A stretch of 64,000 nucleotides of DNA from Octopus bimaculoides (GCF_001194135.2 NC_068983.1:79521752-79585751); one strand, 5' to 3'; positions 25,320 through 40,314 are shown, counted from the stretch's first letter. Made by a program: numbers and translations. The notes: generated by a model from the sequence alone, not told the origin.

Positions 25320-26519
25320 TATATATAAGGAGAGAACGAGAGCAAACCAGTCTTTGCTCATACAAGCATATACCATAAAGGACTTAGGTAAAACAATCAC
25401 ACAAGAAATTCATAGATAAACCCCATGAAGAGATGATTTTTTAATTCAGACTAAAAATAATATTGAGAATATCTAGTGAAGGTCATAATGAAAAAACAGA
25501 TATCAATATCATGGGAGATTAGTGAAACCTATTTTTATATTATTTATCTCTACTATATATCAACTTCAGCCTTGGAAATAATGTAGTTTTTTAAAATAAT
25601 GAATTAAAAATATCAAAGTAATTGAGTTTAGAAGCTTCATATTTTCTCACGTGAAATGTACTTCAAAACTGCTTTTTCATGCCAGTTGTACACAAATAGT
25701 GAGTCAGATATAGTACTGAACTCAACCTATAAAATATTTTTGTGATTTCTGCTGTTTTGCTGTGATTGATGACATGAGAAATGAAGAAATTTGTTGTGAT
25801 ATACTTCGTGCATTCATACCGTGGTATGCTTAACACATTTGTGATATACTTTAGACTGAATGAACTTTGCTGACATAAACTTGTTTCTTCAAATGTCAGT
25901 GAAGCATATATAGATAAGTTGGATATGAACATGCACATTAGTGCAAAGTATATAAATGGAAATTGTAACAATTTGAAGATTACAGTCAATAAATTCTGAT
26001 TAGTTTAGACAAATAATATGATGGACTTGATGGGGAAAAAATGTTTTATTACTTGTACAGTTAAAACCAATTTGCAGTATTCACCTGAGCTATGATAGTA
26101 ATTCAATTCCATTTCAATCCATTGAGTCAACTCTAAATTTTCCAAATTGCTAGAGGATTTATTTATAAATTCCGAAACAACTATCCAACCAAAGTTTACT
26201 TTCTTCAGCTGGATAAGAAATATGCTTTTACAGTGAAGAAGCAAGAATTGATTGACTAACCAAAGATATTCACAGACAAAATGATATGGAATTATAATAG
26301 AGAAAATTGCAGTCAATGAAAGGCTAAAGAATATAAACAGAAAAATAAATCTCTTTAGATAGGTGTTCTGATGCAGATTGAGGAACAGCAACTAAGGTCA
26401 GATAGAGAGTAAGTTGTTTATTCAAAATATAAATAAAATAGAAATATATAGGAATAAATATTTTGTCAGGAAACATTTCTTGAGAGAAACAGGAAATTTG
26501 ATACTTTAAAGAGATTATA

Positions 26520-26624
26520 TACATGTGTGTGTGTGCACATGTATAAATATATATGTGTATGTATGTATATGTGTGTATATATATTTATATATATATATAT
26601 ATATACACTTACATGTGTGTATGT

Positions 26625-26690
<66 letters not shown>

Positions 26691-26775
26691 GTACATACAC
26701 AGATACATACATATGTGTATGAGTGTGTATACACACACACACACAAACACACACACATATATATGTGTATGTGTG
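26520..26775. repeat. Compound (TA)/(TG)/(CA) microsatellite
   Basis: Direct inspection; source of several spurious YIYI ORFs. Confidence 0.95.
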
Positions 26776-27063
26776 CATGTATATTTTTTTTCACACACTA
26801 AGAGGAATGATTATAGATTTTAAAGAACCACACACTTGACCATACTTGCATTCATTAAACAAGATTCTTTCAAGCAGATTTTCTGTGACCAAATGCTCTT
26901 CCCGTTGCCAATCTTCACCCATTCCTAAGCAAGGTAACATATCACCTAGTACTTAAGAACGTGTGCAGCCCAGTCGCTAGACAGGTTTTCATACAAGATT
27001 GCAAATGAACACTGATTTTATGATCACCATGTTTGTTTAGAATTACATTATGTCAAAATAAAG

Positions 27064-27099
<36 letters not shown>

Positions 27100-28419
27100 T
27101 GTATTTAAATGTTATCATAAAGGAAAGATAGAATTAAGAAGTGCAAGCTGAACTGCAAAATGAAGAATATAAAGGAATTTTGTTGGAAATTTCATGTCTA
27201 GGGCATAGATAAAAAGATTCAGATTGTCTAAAACTTCAGATAATGATAAGAATGAAAGGCTGAAAACACTGTGGATGGGTGGCTGTGAGAGTGTGTGTGT
27301 GCAGGCACACGTGTGCATGTGTGTGTGCACGTGTGTGTATGTGTGTGTGTGTGTGTGCATGTATTAGACATCTATCTAGTTTATTGTTTATTCAGTTGCC
27401 TTGCCTTTAGATAAAACCTTGTTCTATCCATTTCAAAGATTTTCCTGAACATCAGCTCTTGTCACTTTCAATATAATCTCTGGACTGTAGATATTCTCTT
27501 ATACCAGTTATTGTTAGTAGTTTTATTCTCCTCTTATTTCTACTGTGATTGATTATTCAGATATCTCAGATGCTCTTTTCTTTTTCTTCCTTTTTATTTC
27601 TTTTTCTCTTATTTTCTTGTTCTTATTCTTCATCTTTGTCTTCTTTTTCGTACTATTGTAGTTAGAATTCATCTTAGTTATTTGTTTCAGACAAGAGTGA
27701 ATATTGATGCAAAGTTTTTCACATTTCCTTACACTGATGGCAAAATCCCATATTTTTCTTTTCTATCTGATTTCTTACTCAGTTTTACTTTAATGCTTCA
27801 TTGTATCATACCATCTTCCTAATCTCTTCATTTGCAGAACTAACTTACCTTTCTCTCTTTAATTTTTTTTCTTGGAGTCTCTCATGTACTTAGATTAAGT
27901 TGCTATATTATGCAATCAAAATCTTTTAATGATTTTTCTTCTATATATTTACTTTCCCAGATGATGTATATGTTTGGGTAGTTGGGTGTTTTCAATTGTA
28001 TGTTTGTGACAGACTATCCTATAAGTAATGCCATTTTCTATAAACATAAATTTTAAATATTCCTGTTTAAATTTTCTGCAAAAATCATATGTAGAGGAAT
28101 ATTCATAAAGTCCTTTTATATATTGATAATTAATGTTTATCTCCACTCAAGCATAGGTGTTCTTTAAGAACAGACAATACTGTTATTTTAACCCCAGGTG
28201 GATGCTTCCTCCAATTGGCTATTTCGTGTGTTTTGCACTTGATAAATATTGCAAGCAGGGGTGACAAGTAAAAAACTGTTCTGTGAAAATTAATATTTTT
28301 AATGATGTGTTGATTCTTCTTTTCTATCCAATAAGTATGTGGTTGTTTCATCCTTTTTCAGTTAAGGTTTTGATTCCTTTAAATCTAGTTTTATATTTCA
28401 AAAAATGATGCAGTGATTC

Positions 28420-28640
28420 TTCTTGAGCCATAGCCTCATAAATCTGGTTTCCTGGATTCTGTGCTGTATATCTCTTCCCCTTCACTCGAGACACCTGTCT
28501 GCCATAAGATTATTCATTTTTGCCAGGTGAGTGCAGTGCAGCAAGTGAAATAAAATGTTTTGCTCAAGGACACAATACATCATTCAGTGCAAGAACTGAA
28601 ACCCCAATCTTACGAACCTGAGTGCAACACCCTAACCACT
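28420..28640 (-). mobile_element. Decayed SINE related to the 18432 family
   Basis: CCCTAACCACTAAGCCACATG and GCTCAAGGACACAA resemble the head region of 18432-18816. Confidence 0.55.
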
Positions 28641-29074
28641 AAGCCACATGCCACCACAGATTTACATTCACTCCTTGGAAATAGTGGCATCAGTTATAAT
28701 CTGTGAATATTGAATGATGGGTTGATATTTCATAGATACTTACCATTAATCTTGCAGAAGACTGTATTCACACCATGCTACATTGATTGATATTCAATAT
28801 ATCTTTGTTCTGGGGAAATTATCATTTTCATTGAAGTGCTCTTATTGTTTTAGATATTTGGTCTTAGATATTTGGTCTGCTATTAGACACAATATCAGAC
28901 TACCAGGAACAACTTTGAAGAATGTTTTACTTCTTATAAAAGTTTAATTCAAAACAAAAGAAATGGAATATTGCAAAGTTTGTTTCATAGGTTGACGTAA
29001 CTTTACCCACACTTTTTATGAGTTTATGTGTGTGTGTGTACCTAATTTTATCATTATCTTCTCTCATTTACTTG

Positions 29075-29255
29075 TACCAGTCATTGGACTGCAGCCTTGA
29101 AGGGTTTTTTTGAACAAACCAACATGAGTATTTAATTTTTAAACTGCTACTTATTCTGTTGGAAATTTTCATCAAACGACTAAGTTATGGTGGTGTAAAC
29201 AAACCAGTACCAGTTATTAAATGGTAGTTGGGGGAGAAACAACATGAAATACAAA

Positions 29256-29310
<55 letters not shown>

Positions 29311-29470
29311 GCACATATATATATATAATGGGCTACTTTCAGTTTCTGTGTGCTAAATATACCCACTAGGCTTTGGTCAGCTCAGGGCTTGTAGAAGGTG
29401 CTGTGCAATGGGACTGAACTTGAAATCACCTGGTTGGAAGCAAGCTTCTTAACTAAACAGCCATATGTAC
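29075..29470 (-). mobile_element. Decayed SINE (GTGGCTGTGTGG head, GTAAAAGA-type tail) with internal (CA)n
   Basis: Head and tail segments collinear with 60805-61172. Confidence 0.7.
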
Positions 29471-29520
29471 ATGTATGCGCACATGCACACATATTTATTC
29501 GTGTGTATATCTATAAACAA

Positions 29521-29556
<36 letters not shown>

Positions 29557-29860
29557 TGTGTGTGTAGAGAGAGAGACAGACAGACAGAAACAGAGATATT
29601 AATAGATATTTTTGTATTCATATATGAAATACAAAAATTTTGTGTATCTTTTCTATAAAAGTTGATGTTAATTCATTTTAAAAACCTAATCTATGTTGAC
29701 ATCAATTATAGTTTAAAATTTTTGAGATGTGACTTTGTACAATAGTGAAAATATAATTAATACTGGAAATCATTACCACTTTGCTATGAATATAAATTTG
29801 GGATAAACAGATCACAAATCCAGCAACATATATACAATTTTGTTTCTAAAAATCACGTTT

Positions 29861-29901
29861 CATATGAATTGTATCATATGAATTGTATCATATGAATTGT
29901 A
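29861..29901. repeat. 14-bp tandem repeat x3 (CATATGAATTGTAT)
   Basis: Direct inspection. Confidence 0.9.
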
Positions 29902-32900
29902 ACTTGAAGCTAATTGATTGTGTCTCTCACTCATACGATTACGAGATGTTCATCATTGCTGCATGTTAAAAGTGTTTGCACTGATGTTCTAGCCCTTCAT
30001 TAACATCAATGGCATGATGAGGTAAGACTTGTGTGCCTAGGTAACAGTTAAAATCTATGAATCTTGAATGGTGAGTTGGATAGTCATAGATGCTAAACAT
30101 TAAATTTGTGGAGATGTTCATCCAAACCATGCTATTGTAGTAGAGGTTTTAAAATATATCTTCATACTTGGAAAATTAATGTTTACAGTGAAGTGGTTTC
30201 ATTGCTTTATTGTTTTAGATATTTGATCGAATATTAAATCCAATATCTGACTACCATGAAAATATTTGAAAAATGTGTTCCTTTTTTATAAGAGATTAAT
30301 TCAAATCAAAAGAGATAAAATATTCCACGTCCTTTCTATGGTGTGTTGTTCTAGTTGAATGGCTTGCATGTAAAAAAGAAAAGCTTGCTAAGATGTAGGT
30401 GAAAATTATCCCGTTCCTTGATAGTATGAATATGGTGTTGGTACTAAAAGTTTTGTGATCTAAAAGTTTTGTGGAGAGAAATTGCTGAAATACAAACTGT
30501 ATGTAAAATATATATGTTCAGCTATGGCCATATCACATTGAAATCACCAGTTCACAACCAATCACTAATATTAAACATTGTAATTAGCTATCCTTATCCT
30601 GACATCACATGACTGTGGTAAATGGATTGCATTCATTACCAATATTCTGTGTAAACATGCCTGGCCATAGTAAAATATTACCTTACTTTGAAACAGGTAA
30701 GGGTTGACAATAGAAAATATGTCTTAATAAGTTGACCCATGCAAGTATAGAAAAGTGGATATTAAAATGACCATGATGAATGGCAGCTATTTTTCAGAAA
30801 TTTTAAAGAAAAAAGACGTTCCGTGTTCAACTTAATGTAATCAGACTTAAAGACATTCCTCACCATTCCAGAGAGATGAAAAAAAATCAAACAAATAAGT
30901 AAAGATGATTAAAAATTGAAAAAAAAATTAATATCAATTCATCTCAAAGAATGTGAGATCAAGTTTTTAGAAATCTAATTTTTAATATTTCTTTGTATGA
31001 AAATTGAGATTATATATATATCTTCCATTCTTTTATACATTTCAGCTCAAAGGCTTTGGCTATATATACATATATTGCTAAGATAATAGCCTGTTGAACT
31101 GGATATTCTATGTTTATTGTAGTTCTGTAACTTATTGATATGAGTCCAAATTTTATCTGTTTTTTTTTTTTTTAATTACTTTACATTTGATAGAATAAGT
31201 ATCAGTAATACACTAATAGTGTTACATGAAACTATTTCTCATTCCATACTAAATTTAATCAAAAATTTGGATGTGCTCACCAAGCATTTTCATATGATGT
31301 TTTCTTTATGATATACAAGTGTACGAACAAATTTCTGTACTTGTTACTGCATGGTTACTGACAAGGCACACCGTCACCATAGCTTTTGGGTTGACCAATA
31401 TCTTATGAATGAAATTTGGTTGATGAAACATGTATGAAAGCCCATTTCGACTGTGTGTGTATGTAGAAAGATAGATACATAAACACAGATCTATGTATCT
31501 GTCTATATATATATATATATATATATTCACACATATACACACACATACTAATGATCCATATGTGTGTGTATGTATTTCACCAGGATATATCAGCAATAAA
31601 AGTAAAAACTAATATTTTATGAATAAAGCCCTCTTAAATATTTATTCTGTTTTGAGTTATAGGCACTCCCCTGTCACACTTGCAGTCAGAAATGCAGTGA
31701 ACTATTGATTGGCCTGCTGGAAACTTGTATCCAAAGCTTGTATCCATTATTCTCCAACTACATTATAAAATAAATAAATAAATAAATAAAATAATAGTAC
31801 AGTTTCCTTGTGCACCTGATTTTTTTTCCTTAACTCAACTTTGTGTTTGTATACACATCTATTTATGAACTTAGTTTGGAAGCTGCATATTGTAATATAT
31901 AATGTCTTTGTAACAGAATTTTACCCAACAGGTTTGTAAAAAAATGGTGTGTTTTTTAAATAAATGTATAAAAACATATTTTAGAAAATATCAGTAAACA
32001 AAATTTTAAATAATTCTCAGAAAAATAACGATGATATTTGTCAAATGCATTGGGAAAACAAAAATTTTCCAAGTAATGGATTTTAAGAATCTATTAACCG
32101 AAGCCATTTACTTCCATACAAATTTGCCTCTTTTCTATTGACAAATATTGAAAGGAGTGTACCTCCTACTGTATTGATACTCTGATTTAACCACTATCTG
32201 AATCTAATAACCAATGCAACTGTAATGTTCTCATGTTTATGGTGCATTCATCAAAATACAAGAAAAACTGTTTATATAGGCATTTTTAAGCTTCAGTTTC
32301 ATTGATATTCTTCTTGTGATTTATCTATAAACTTGACTTAAGACTACACGGAGAAGTGTTCTGAATTCTTATTGATTTTATTTAATGTGCTTCAATAAAG
32401 AACGTCTGTTAACATATTTCTAAATATTCATCTTTAATTTCTTTGTAACCTTTCCCAGCACTATATTTTGATAAGTCCATGGTAGGTTACACATATACTA
32501 TTGACATTAACAAGAATTTATCTGCTAAATTTATACTGCTCTAACCTTTGACAAGACAGTGGTATTTAAAACTTTGTCATCACTTTAACATGCAAAGTTC
32601 TGAAGTTTGTTCTGATTACTAAATACAGAGAAACATTTCTAAATCATTATTCAATCAAATTTGGAACTTCTTTTGAGAATTCTGATGTCCATATTCTTTT
32701 GCAATTTATGGTGGTTCTACAAATGACCTTTCAGCTATGATTCTTATCTTTGTTTGAGCCATTTGTCTGGTGTCCAGTGTAATTGTTACATAACAGTTTT
32801 ATTCATATAAGATTTACTAAGAAAGCTTTAATGTAATGGAGCTGTGCCACCAGATATTCATTTTACTTTGTTAGCAAATCAGTGAAAATTTAATTAAACT

Positions 32901-33954
32901 AAAACATCTTTCTTATTTCCTCCGAGTAAGGTATTGTAAATAAACAAAACTGAATTATGTAATTTTATTATCTTCAGCTTTATCAGTTTTTTTCTTCTTT
33001 CTTTCTTTCTGGATTTTTGCTTCTTTCTACTGAACTAAGTTATAAATTCTCTTTTGGCAATACTGTGACAAAAGAAAGCTTATCTTGTATATTAAGTATT
33101 TTGTGAAATGCATCTATCCAATCATAACCGAGAGAACTGCATATGCATGCCATACTGCAAGCACTGTAGATTTCAATAAATGTCATTCTGACTTTCACTC
33201 AATGATTTTATTTTTTATATATAGACCTGGATCTTCAGATTTATTAGGTAGGGGAAAGAAATAGGAATTTGTGATGTACCTTCATCCTGGATCTGAAAGT
33301 GTAGTGAATGAGACAATTTAAATTGCCACTTGATAATAATTGAGCTGATCAGGAAGGGATTATTCTGATTAGATATCTTGGTAAATTTAACTCTTTGTGG
33401 AATAATTTTAACTGTCATTTGATTATATATTGATTATATTAGATATATTTTGTTTTGTTCAGCTATTGATTATTATAATAATTCTCATTCTATGAATAAT
33501 TTTGAACTCTTTTGCTATATGTGTATTAGCTATTATTATAAAAGAATCCATCATGTTGTTCCTTAATCAATTGTAATTTCCCCCAAGATAATTAAACTTA
33601 TGTTAAGAGAAAGTGAATAAATTGCCAAGATATTTTCACCCATGAGAAATAGGAAGAATTATCAGCTTTGCCAATAAAAAATGTTGAGCTTCAATTTTAA
33701 ATTCCTTGGGAAAAGAATTAAAAGCATGTTTAATAGTATCCCAAATCTTAAATTTTGAATAAATTATTGAATGCTGGTTTCATGATTTCTCCTATTAACT
33801 CTCCATTTTCCTCTTCCTTAATGTTACCAAATTTTTATATTGTTAATGTTAAGATGCTTAACAGTTTTGTTTTCTTTTAAAACTATCTCCAACCAGAATT
33901 ATGTCAGTTCATTTGATAGGAAAATTCACCTCTCTTCCTTCTCTACATGACATT

Positions 33955-34024
<70 letters not shown>
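33955..34024. repeat. (CT)n(AT)n compound microsatellite (same architecture again at 38736-38820)
   Basis: Direct inspection. Confidence 0.95.
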
Positions 34025-34027
<3 letters not shown>

Positions 34028-34064
34028 CCAGGATTTTTTTTACCTATTAAAATTGAGTAGACAT

Positions 34065-34240
34065 TATCATTATCGTTTAACGTCCATGTTTCATGCTGGG
34101 ATGGGTTGGATAATTTGACAGGATCTGATGTGTCCAAGGACTGCATTGAGTTTCACTGTCTGCTTTGACATGACTTTTATGGCTGGATACCATAACGCTA
34201 ACCACTTTACAATGTTTTTGGCATTAGGAAGACAATGTAC
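34065..34240 (-). mobile_element. (GAT)n-type RTE/SINE tail fragment
   Basis: TCATTATCGTTTAACGTCCATGTTTCATGCTGGGATGGGTTGGA matches the tail at 58825 and 60665. Confidence 0.7.
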
Positions 34241-34978
34241 AAGCAACAATCAGATGAGTTATTTTACATCTAAAGTCAGATACTATTCAAATTTTCTCCA
34301 GCTTACATAGTTTCTTTATGTGTTTACTAATCAGACTATCAGACATCCCTGTTCACTGGCTGTAATGCATTTCCATTCATCCTTAGATTTTACCCTTCTC
34401 TTCCAAAATTGTTTGACTAAGCCCTCTTCATATTAATTTATATGTCTTCCAAGTGGACTCTTCTGATTTCTTGGATACTACTTGACAACTGTATGGGTGG
34501 ATTGTCTGTGAATCTTGAGACTTGTCCAGCACAGCAAAACTTGCATTTTCAGTATTCCTTGAAAACATCATTCAGTTCACTACATTCTCAACTTTTTGTA
34601 TCATACTTCATCTTAGAAGCACCAAAATGTTTACTTTCAATATGCCTTTTTGCTTCTTTTAACTACTTAAAGAGAGGACAAAGAGTAGCATCTATGGTCT
34701 TTCACATATCCTCAGTGTCTGGTGATAGGAAGGAAGAAAATTATCCTCAAGCCAGAAGCAATGAAGTATACTATACTTAAACCATCTACTTGCCTGTAGG
34801 TAACATTAAACTGAATAATGGATTAAGTCTACCATGCAAAATAAAGAACTGTCTTTTTGATTGGGTTTCATACAGTTTCTGTAAGCCAAATTTCAGTCAC
34901 AAAGCTTTGGTAAATCTATGGTTATGGTAGACAACATTTTACTAAAACACCATGCTTAAATAGATGTATAACTGTGTG

Positions 34979-35028
<50 letters not shown>

Positions 35029-36846
35029 CTTAAACCTTTATTCGGTTATAGAAATATGAGGATAAACTATATATCATAATTAAAATACATTACTGATTGT
35101 ATTCTTATATTCTTTTTACAGAAATTTTTGAAATTAATTCAGAATAAAGATTCTTATTCAAGTGATTTAAGTATAATGGTTTGTACAATATATAACCTAT
35201 TACTTTGAATAGTAGACAGTTTGAACAGAGAAAGTTATATGTACTGTCAACAGAGAAAGGAAATGCTAATTCGTATTCACAATCCAGATTAATTTTATGG
35301 CTATGAAACATAGTCTGTATGATCTGATACTTTTGCAACAATCATTTTCATCAAACCAGAATAGTGTATAAAATTTATTGTTTGGGAAATATTTATATGG
35401 TCTAATCTTGAATTATTGTGTCTTTTACTCAACATCGTTTGATAACAGAAGCTATTTACATATTCTGTATGAATAGGCTTACTGCGTATGTTTGTTCTTG
35501 TTCTTCTTAAATAACATCAGTGAATGACTTATTAATAACCTATGGATTGCATGAATTTCGCACTTATTTTGACTGACTTAATTTCTCATTATTGCATGAG
35601 CACATAAAGGCAGAGAAGTAGTGATAATAGTACAATGTGGCAAGATAGAAGTCTTACAATATGCAAAAACTTGTCTGCATTCCATATTAAATCTTGTTAC
35701 TATTACCTCACTTTTCATTCTTCTAGATCAATAAATTACATATCAGTTATGTACTGGAATTGATTCAGTTTTACTATACTTTTAAAATGCATGATGGTCT
35801 TTTGCCAGTAAAAGTCTTTATAGTGTTTAGTTTATTACATCATTGTTCTATATTCAAATTCTGCCAATGTTTTCTAATGTTTTTAATCCTGTGGATCAAT
35901 AAAAATATGATCATGTAAATAATATTTGATTAATTGTATTGAATATTCCTTACACTACAAATACAGATGTGTGTAAGACAGAAATCATTATTTAATATAT
36001 ATTCATGTCATACTCTCATCAATATCTGGTGCATTGATAGCAAATCAAGCACTTGCACAAGGATTCCCAAGGCATATTCTTTGAGCTACAATGAATTTAA
36101 TGTTTTTCTTTAAATAATATCAACAAGCACCTGGTATTTAATTAAGTATGTTCTGGCATGGTTGGTGAGTTTTTGAAGGTAATGTGAATTTCACTACGCA
36201 GCAACTTGAACATGTGTCTTCTGCCAGTTTCCAGTAAATGAATACCTTACTAATGGAATTTGATGAATAGAAACTGTGAAGAACTTGTCATGTATATGTG
36301 CTAATGTATAGATAGATAAATAGATGGATGGATGTTTACAGCTTTTACTAATAATGTCTAATGATGAAGGACGTAAACTAATGCTCAGTGGTGATGGATG
36401 TCAACATCCTGGTACTCTTTAAACAAAATCTTTTAGTGAGTTACTGGTATTCCCTTCTCACTCTTGCCAACAGAAATGCAGGGATCAGCACATTAGACAC
36501 TTGTAACCAACAATACTATTGCTCAGGAATCTTGGTAATAAGTATCAGTAAAATGTGTGTCATATATTAATGCCATTCGAATATTGAAAAAGTTTTTGCG
36601 TAACCAATTGTGAAATAATATTTTTTTTATTCAAAGCTTCTTTCTATTAGATCTCTTAATTGTAGCTTCAGTATGTTTGTAACACTCAGTCATCATCAAA
36701 GATGGCAGAAAGGAATACCCTCTCTCTTCTTCATAACTTGAAGAATGTGTTGTTTGTGATTATTGAATTTAAGCATTTTAATCATTACATACATACAAAC
36801 ACATGTCTTGTTACATCACTGTTCTCAATTCTGCCAATGATTTTTA

Positions 36847-36902
<56 letters not shown>

Positions 36903-37299
36903 TAATAAGGATTACTATGAAGCTACTAAGCATTATCTTCAATTCTTTAATTTATATACTGCCTTACAATTGCACCGATTAGTAACTATTGCAATTGCAG
37001 CCCTATTATAAAATTTGTGCAGTTTCTTCAGGGTCTCAATTTAAAACCAAAAAGCACAAAAGCAACTACCACTAAAAGTGACTAAGGGTGCAAGTTAGCA
37101 CCAGCATTGCTAGAAATAAGAGTTAAAACAACTCTTAGCCATGAACAGAGCATTTTCTGTTCAACAGAGCACTTTCTATTCACTAACAATGTATATCAAC
37201 TTGCTATAAAAGCAGGTAGTAATTTTACTTTGTCCTTATTCTTAGTGCAAGTTTTGAAGAGTGCAGTTCGATTTTAACAGCTATTTCTTCTAAGTTATA

Positions 37300-38236
37300 A
37301 TGGAAGTGACAAAGGAGCATATTCAGCATATTTTGCTTTATGAGTTCAATAAAGGCAACAATACAATGGAATATCAATGCAGTACATGAAGATTGGACAA
37401 TAAGCACAAGCCAGTGTCATCAGTGATTTCAAAGATTCTAAGCCAGAAACTACAGCCTAGAAGACAAGTCTCATCCTGGAAGATATGTAGAGCTCAACAA
37501 GGATGTCCTGCAAACCCTGGTGGAACAAAATCCCATCATAACTGTTGAAGAACTAGCAGAGAAGCTTGGATTTGGTTATTCAATCATTCATTGATACCTG
37601 CGCGCCAATGGAAAAGTCAGTAAATTGAGTCAATGGGTTCCTCACAAACTTTCTGAGTCTAATTGCACGCAGAGAGTGAATATGTGCTCTTTGCTGTCAC
37701 ATCTCTCGAATGAATCTTTTTTGGATTGAATAGTGACTGGCGATGATAAATGGCACCCCAGGTTAAAGAAGGTCTTCACCCCATAAGGTGTTGTTATCTC
37801 TTTGGTGGGATATGAAAGGTTTAGTCCACTTTGAACTTTTAAACGCAAACCAAACAATAACAAAGGAGATCTATTGTGAGCAGCTTAAGTCGGCACCAGA
37901 AGAAAAGCGATCATCTTTGGTTTCAAGATGAAAGGTGTTCTTCCATCAGGATAATGCTCGGCTACATACAGCAAGGATGACATTCCAAAGGTTCGAGCAG
38001 TTTGAATGGGAAACGATGCCCACTTACCATATTCGCTGGACGAAAAAAATCTGAATTCTGTAGACGAGGTTAGAACAGTACTGGAGGAGTATTTTTTTAT
38101 CATGGTATTTTTTTAGATAAATGGAAGAGCATTGTAGAAAATGAAGGAATGTATATTTTAGATTAAAAAAGAACTTTATCTTAATTTTGAAAGATAAGAG
38201 AAGTGTAAAAAACCGCATTATTCATGGAATGACCCA
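37300..38236 (+). mobile_element. Decayed mariner (Tc1/mariner, DD34D-type) transposon: transposase pseudogene 37300-38166 plus right TIR remnant
   Basis: MEVTKEHIQHILLYEFNKG N-terminus; QCHQ*FQRF*ARNYSLEDKSHPGR; WVPHKL; IVTGDDKW; LWWDMKGLVHFELL; HQDNARLH; HLPYSLD; C-terminus WKSIVENEGMYILD*. Multiple stops, frameshifts and two internal deletions. TIR-like AAAAAACCGCATTATTCATGGAATGACCCA at about 38207-38236. Confidence 0.92.
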
Positions 38237-38552
38237 GGCACCTTGGTCAAGTGTCTTCTACTATAGCCTCGGGCTGACCAAAGCCTTGTGAGTGGATTTG
38301 GTTGACGGAAACTGAAAGAAGCCCGTCATATATATATATATATGTATATGTTTGTCCCCCCAACATCGCTTGACAACCGATGCTGGTGTGTTTACGTCCC
38401 CGTAACTTAGCGGTTCGGCAAAAGAGGCCGATAGAATAAGTACTAAGCTTCGAAAGAATAAATCTTGGGGTCGATTTACTCAACTAAAGGCGGTGCTCCA
38501 GCATGCCCGTAGTCAAATGACTGAAACAAGTAAAAGAGTAAAGAGTAAGAGT
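38237..38552 (+). mobile_element. 5'-truncated SINE (GTAAAAGA tail), abutting the mariner TIR
   Basis: High similarity to 60805-61172, CpGs retained, head missing. Confidence 0.9.
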
Positions 38553-38732
38553 AATAAGGAGAAAATGTAGAAGTAATTAACAAAATTAATTATAATAAAA
38601 TATGACAACCTCTCTGACAGCTGTTTCAATTCAGAAATCTTAATGATTTTAATTTTACAAATTAATTATCTAATAAGATTAATCTCTTCATTAGATTTAT
38701 TATCCCTTAATGAGGTTTATTACCTTTATTTG

Positions 38733-38823
<91 letters not shown>

Positions 38824-39224
38824 TAAATTCCATCTTCAGCTTTAATAGTTTTGAAAGTGTTTATATGGTTCTCAGGTCAGATACTTTGGCAGTCTTATTT
38901 CTTTTGTTCATTTCTAAAAGGTTCTGAATAGCATTAGTTTAGTGAATCATAAACATTGGTTAATGATATAGTTTTACATCAATACTTTCATATATATGTA
39001 TGATCATAAAGTGTAAATAATAGTCAATAATCAAAGCAAGTATATTTTATATTTACAACTCAGCCTCTATTTATATCTCTTTATTCTAGCATATCAAATT
39101 AGAGAAATTTAAACATAAATTACTAATTGCTCTAATGTATAACTTTTGGTACAGTCTTTGCACCTCTGAAGTTATGTAACACATGATAATTTAGTATTTC
39201 TCCTCTGGTAATTTTAATCATCAT

Positions 39225-39430
39225 CCAGCTCCTCCCACTTATCTTCATCTTTTAATGACCATTTTCCATGCTGGTATGAGTTGGATGATTGAACAAGATC
39301 TGACAGATCCGAGGACTGTATCATGTTCTAATGTCTGCTTTGGTATGATTTCTATTGCTGGATGCCCTTTAAACTACCAATCACTTTACAGAGTGTATCG
39401 GTTGCTTTTTTTAATGGCACAAGCACTAGT
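39225..39430 (-). mobile_element. (GAT)n-type RTE/SINE tail fragment
   Basis: TTTTCCATGCTGGTATGAGTTGGA ... GGATGCCCTT matches the RTE 3'UTR at 740-858. Confidence 0.7.
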
Positions 39431-40314
39431 AAGGTCAGCCTGCAGCTCACAAAACTAAAATCTCCTCTAATTGAGGTGGGCTACAGTAGGGCGGGAAGTG
39501 ACTTTATGTGAGAATATGAGAGACTAAAATATGGTTTGTTGTTGAGTAGCAACATGGCTACTCACATGGGAGTAACTGGAGTGGAATTGCTAATATTAAT
39601 TGTATGCGTAAATACTTCATAAAGCTTATATGAATGTTGAAGTGGACTCTTTGCATACACTAAAAGTTACACCACCATGTCACTGATAGCTATGAATATG
39701 ACATAATATATTGCTTTGTAAAAATACATTTGAAGAAAACTTGTACTTGCTATAAAATTATTGTTCTCTCCAAACACACATATATCTTGTATTTTATCCA
39801 GATTATTTTATATGCTTTTGCAAAATTTCACTGTTCCATTTACAAAGTTTGGAAACAATTACTCTCACTCCTTGTTTCATTACATATACCAAAGTTTTCA
39901 ACCTTGCTAAAATCATTGCAATTCAGACCGAATTGTTTTCTTTGAATTTAAATGTTGATTTTGTTCTTTATTTAGGAGTTAGTATACTTCCTTTTCGTTC
40001 TCTTTTTTTTTTTTTTTTTTTTAGCTCTTACCTGAAACCCTTTATGATTCTACTTTAGAGCTTCCTTATTGCTCTTTTGATTTATGATAATATGTTTGCA
40101 GCAGAGTAAAATTGATGTATATATTCATACTCAGATGGGGGAAAAGTATTAAATTGAGGAGCCTTATAAATATTTACACTTAAATACAAATATACGGCAT
40201 ATAAAGGAAGCTCAGCTGATAAGGATGTATTTATATTGAGTTATTGAGTATATAATCAAGTGAGATGCATATATGTGTACATGTTAAATTATCTGTTTAC
40301 ATGTGTGTGTGTTT

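Noticed and set aside
25663-26391. Two long minus-strand ORFs (108 and 128 aa) and a possible exon LKKVNFGWIVVSEF...YYHSS
   Set aside because: F/I/L/S-rich composition typical of AT-rich non-coding DNA; no motif and no compatible neighbours.
27430-27830. Lys-rich minus-strand frame and possible LINE C-terminus (similar weak cases at 10270-10430 and 34300-34560)
   Set aside because: Low-complexity purine tract and only vague motif resemblance; cannot support a call.
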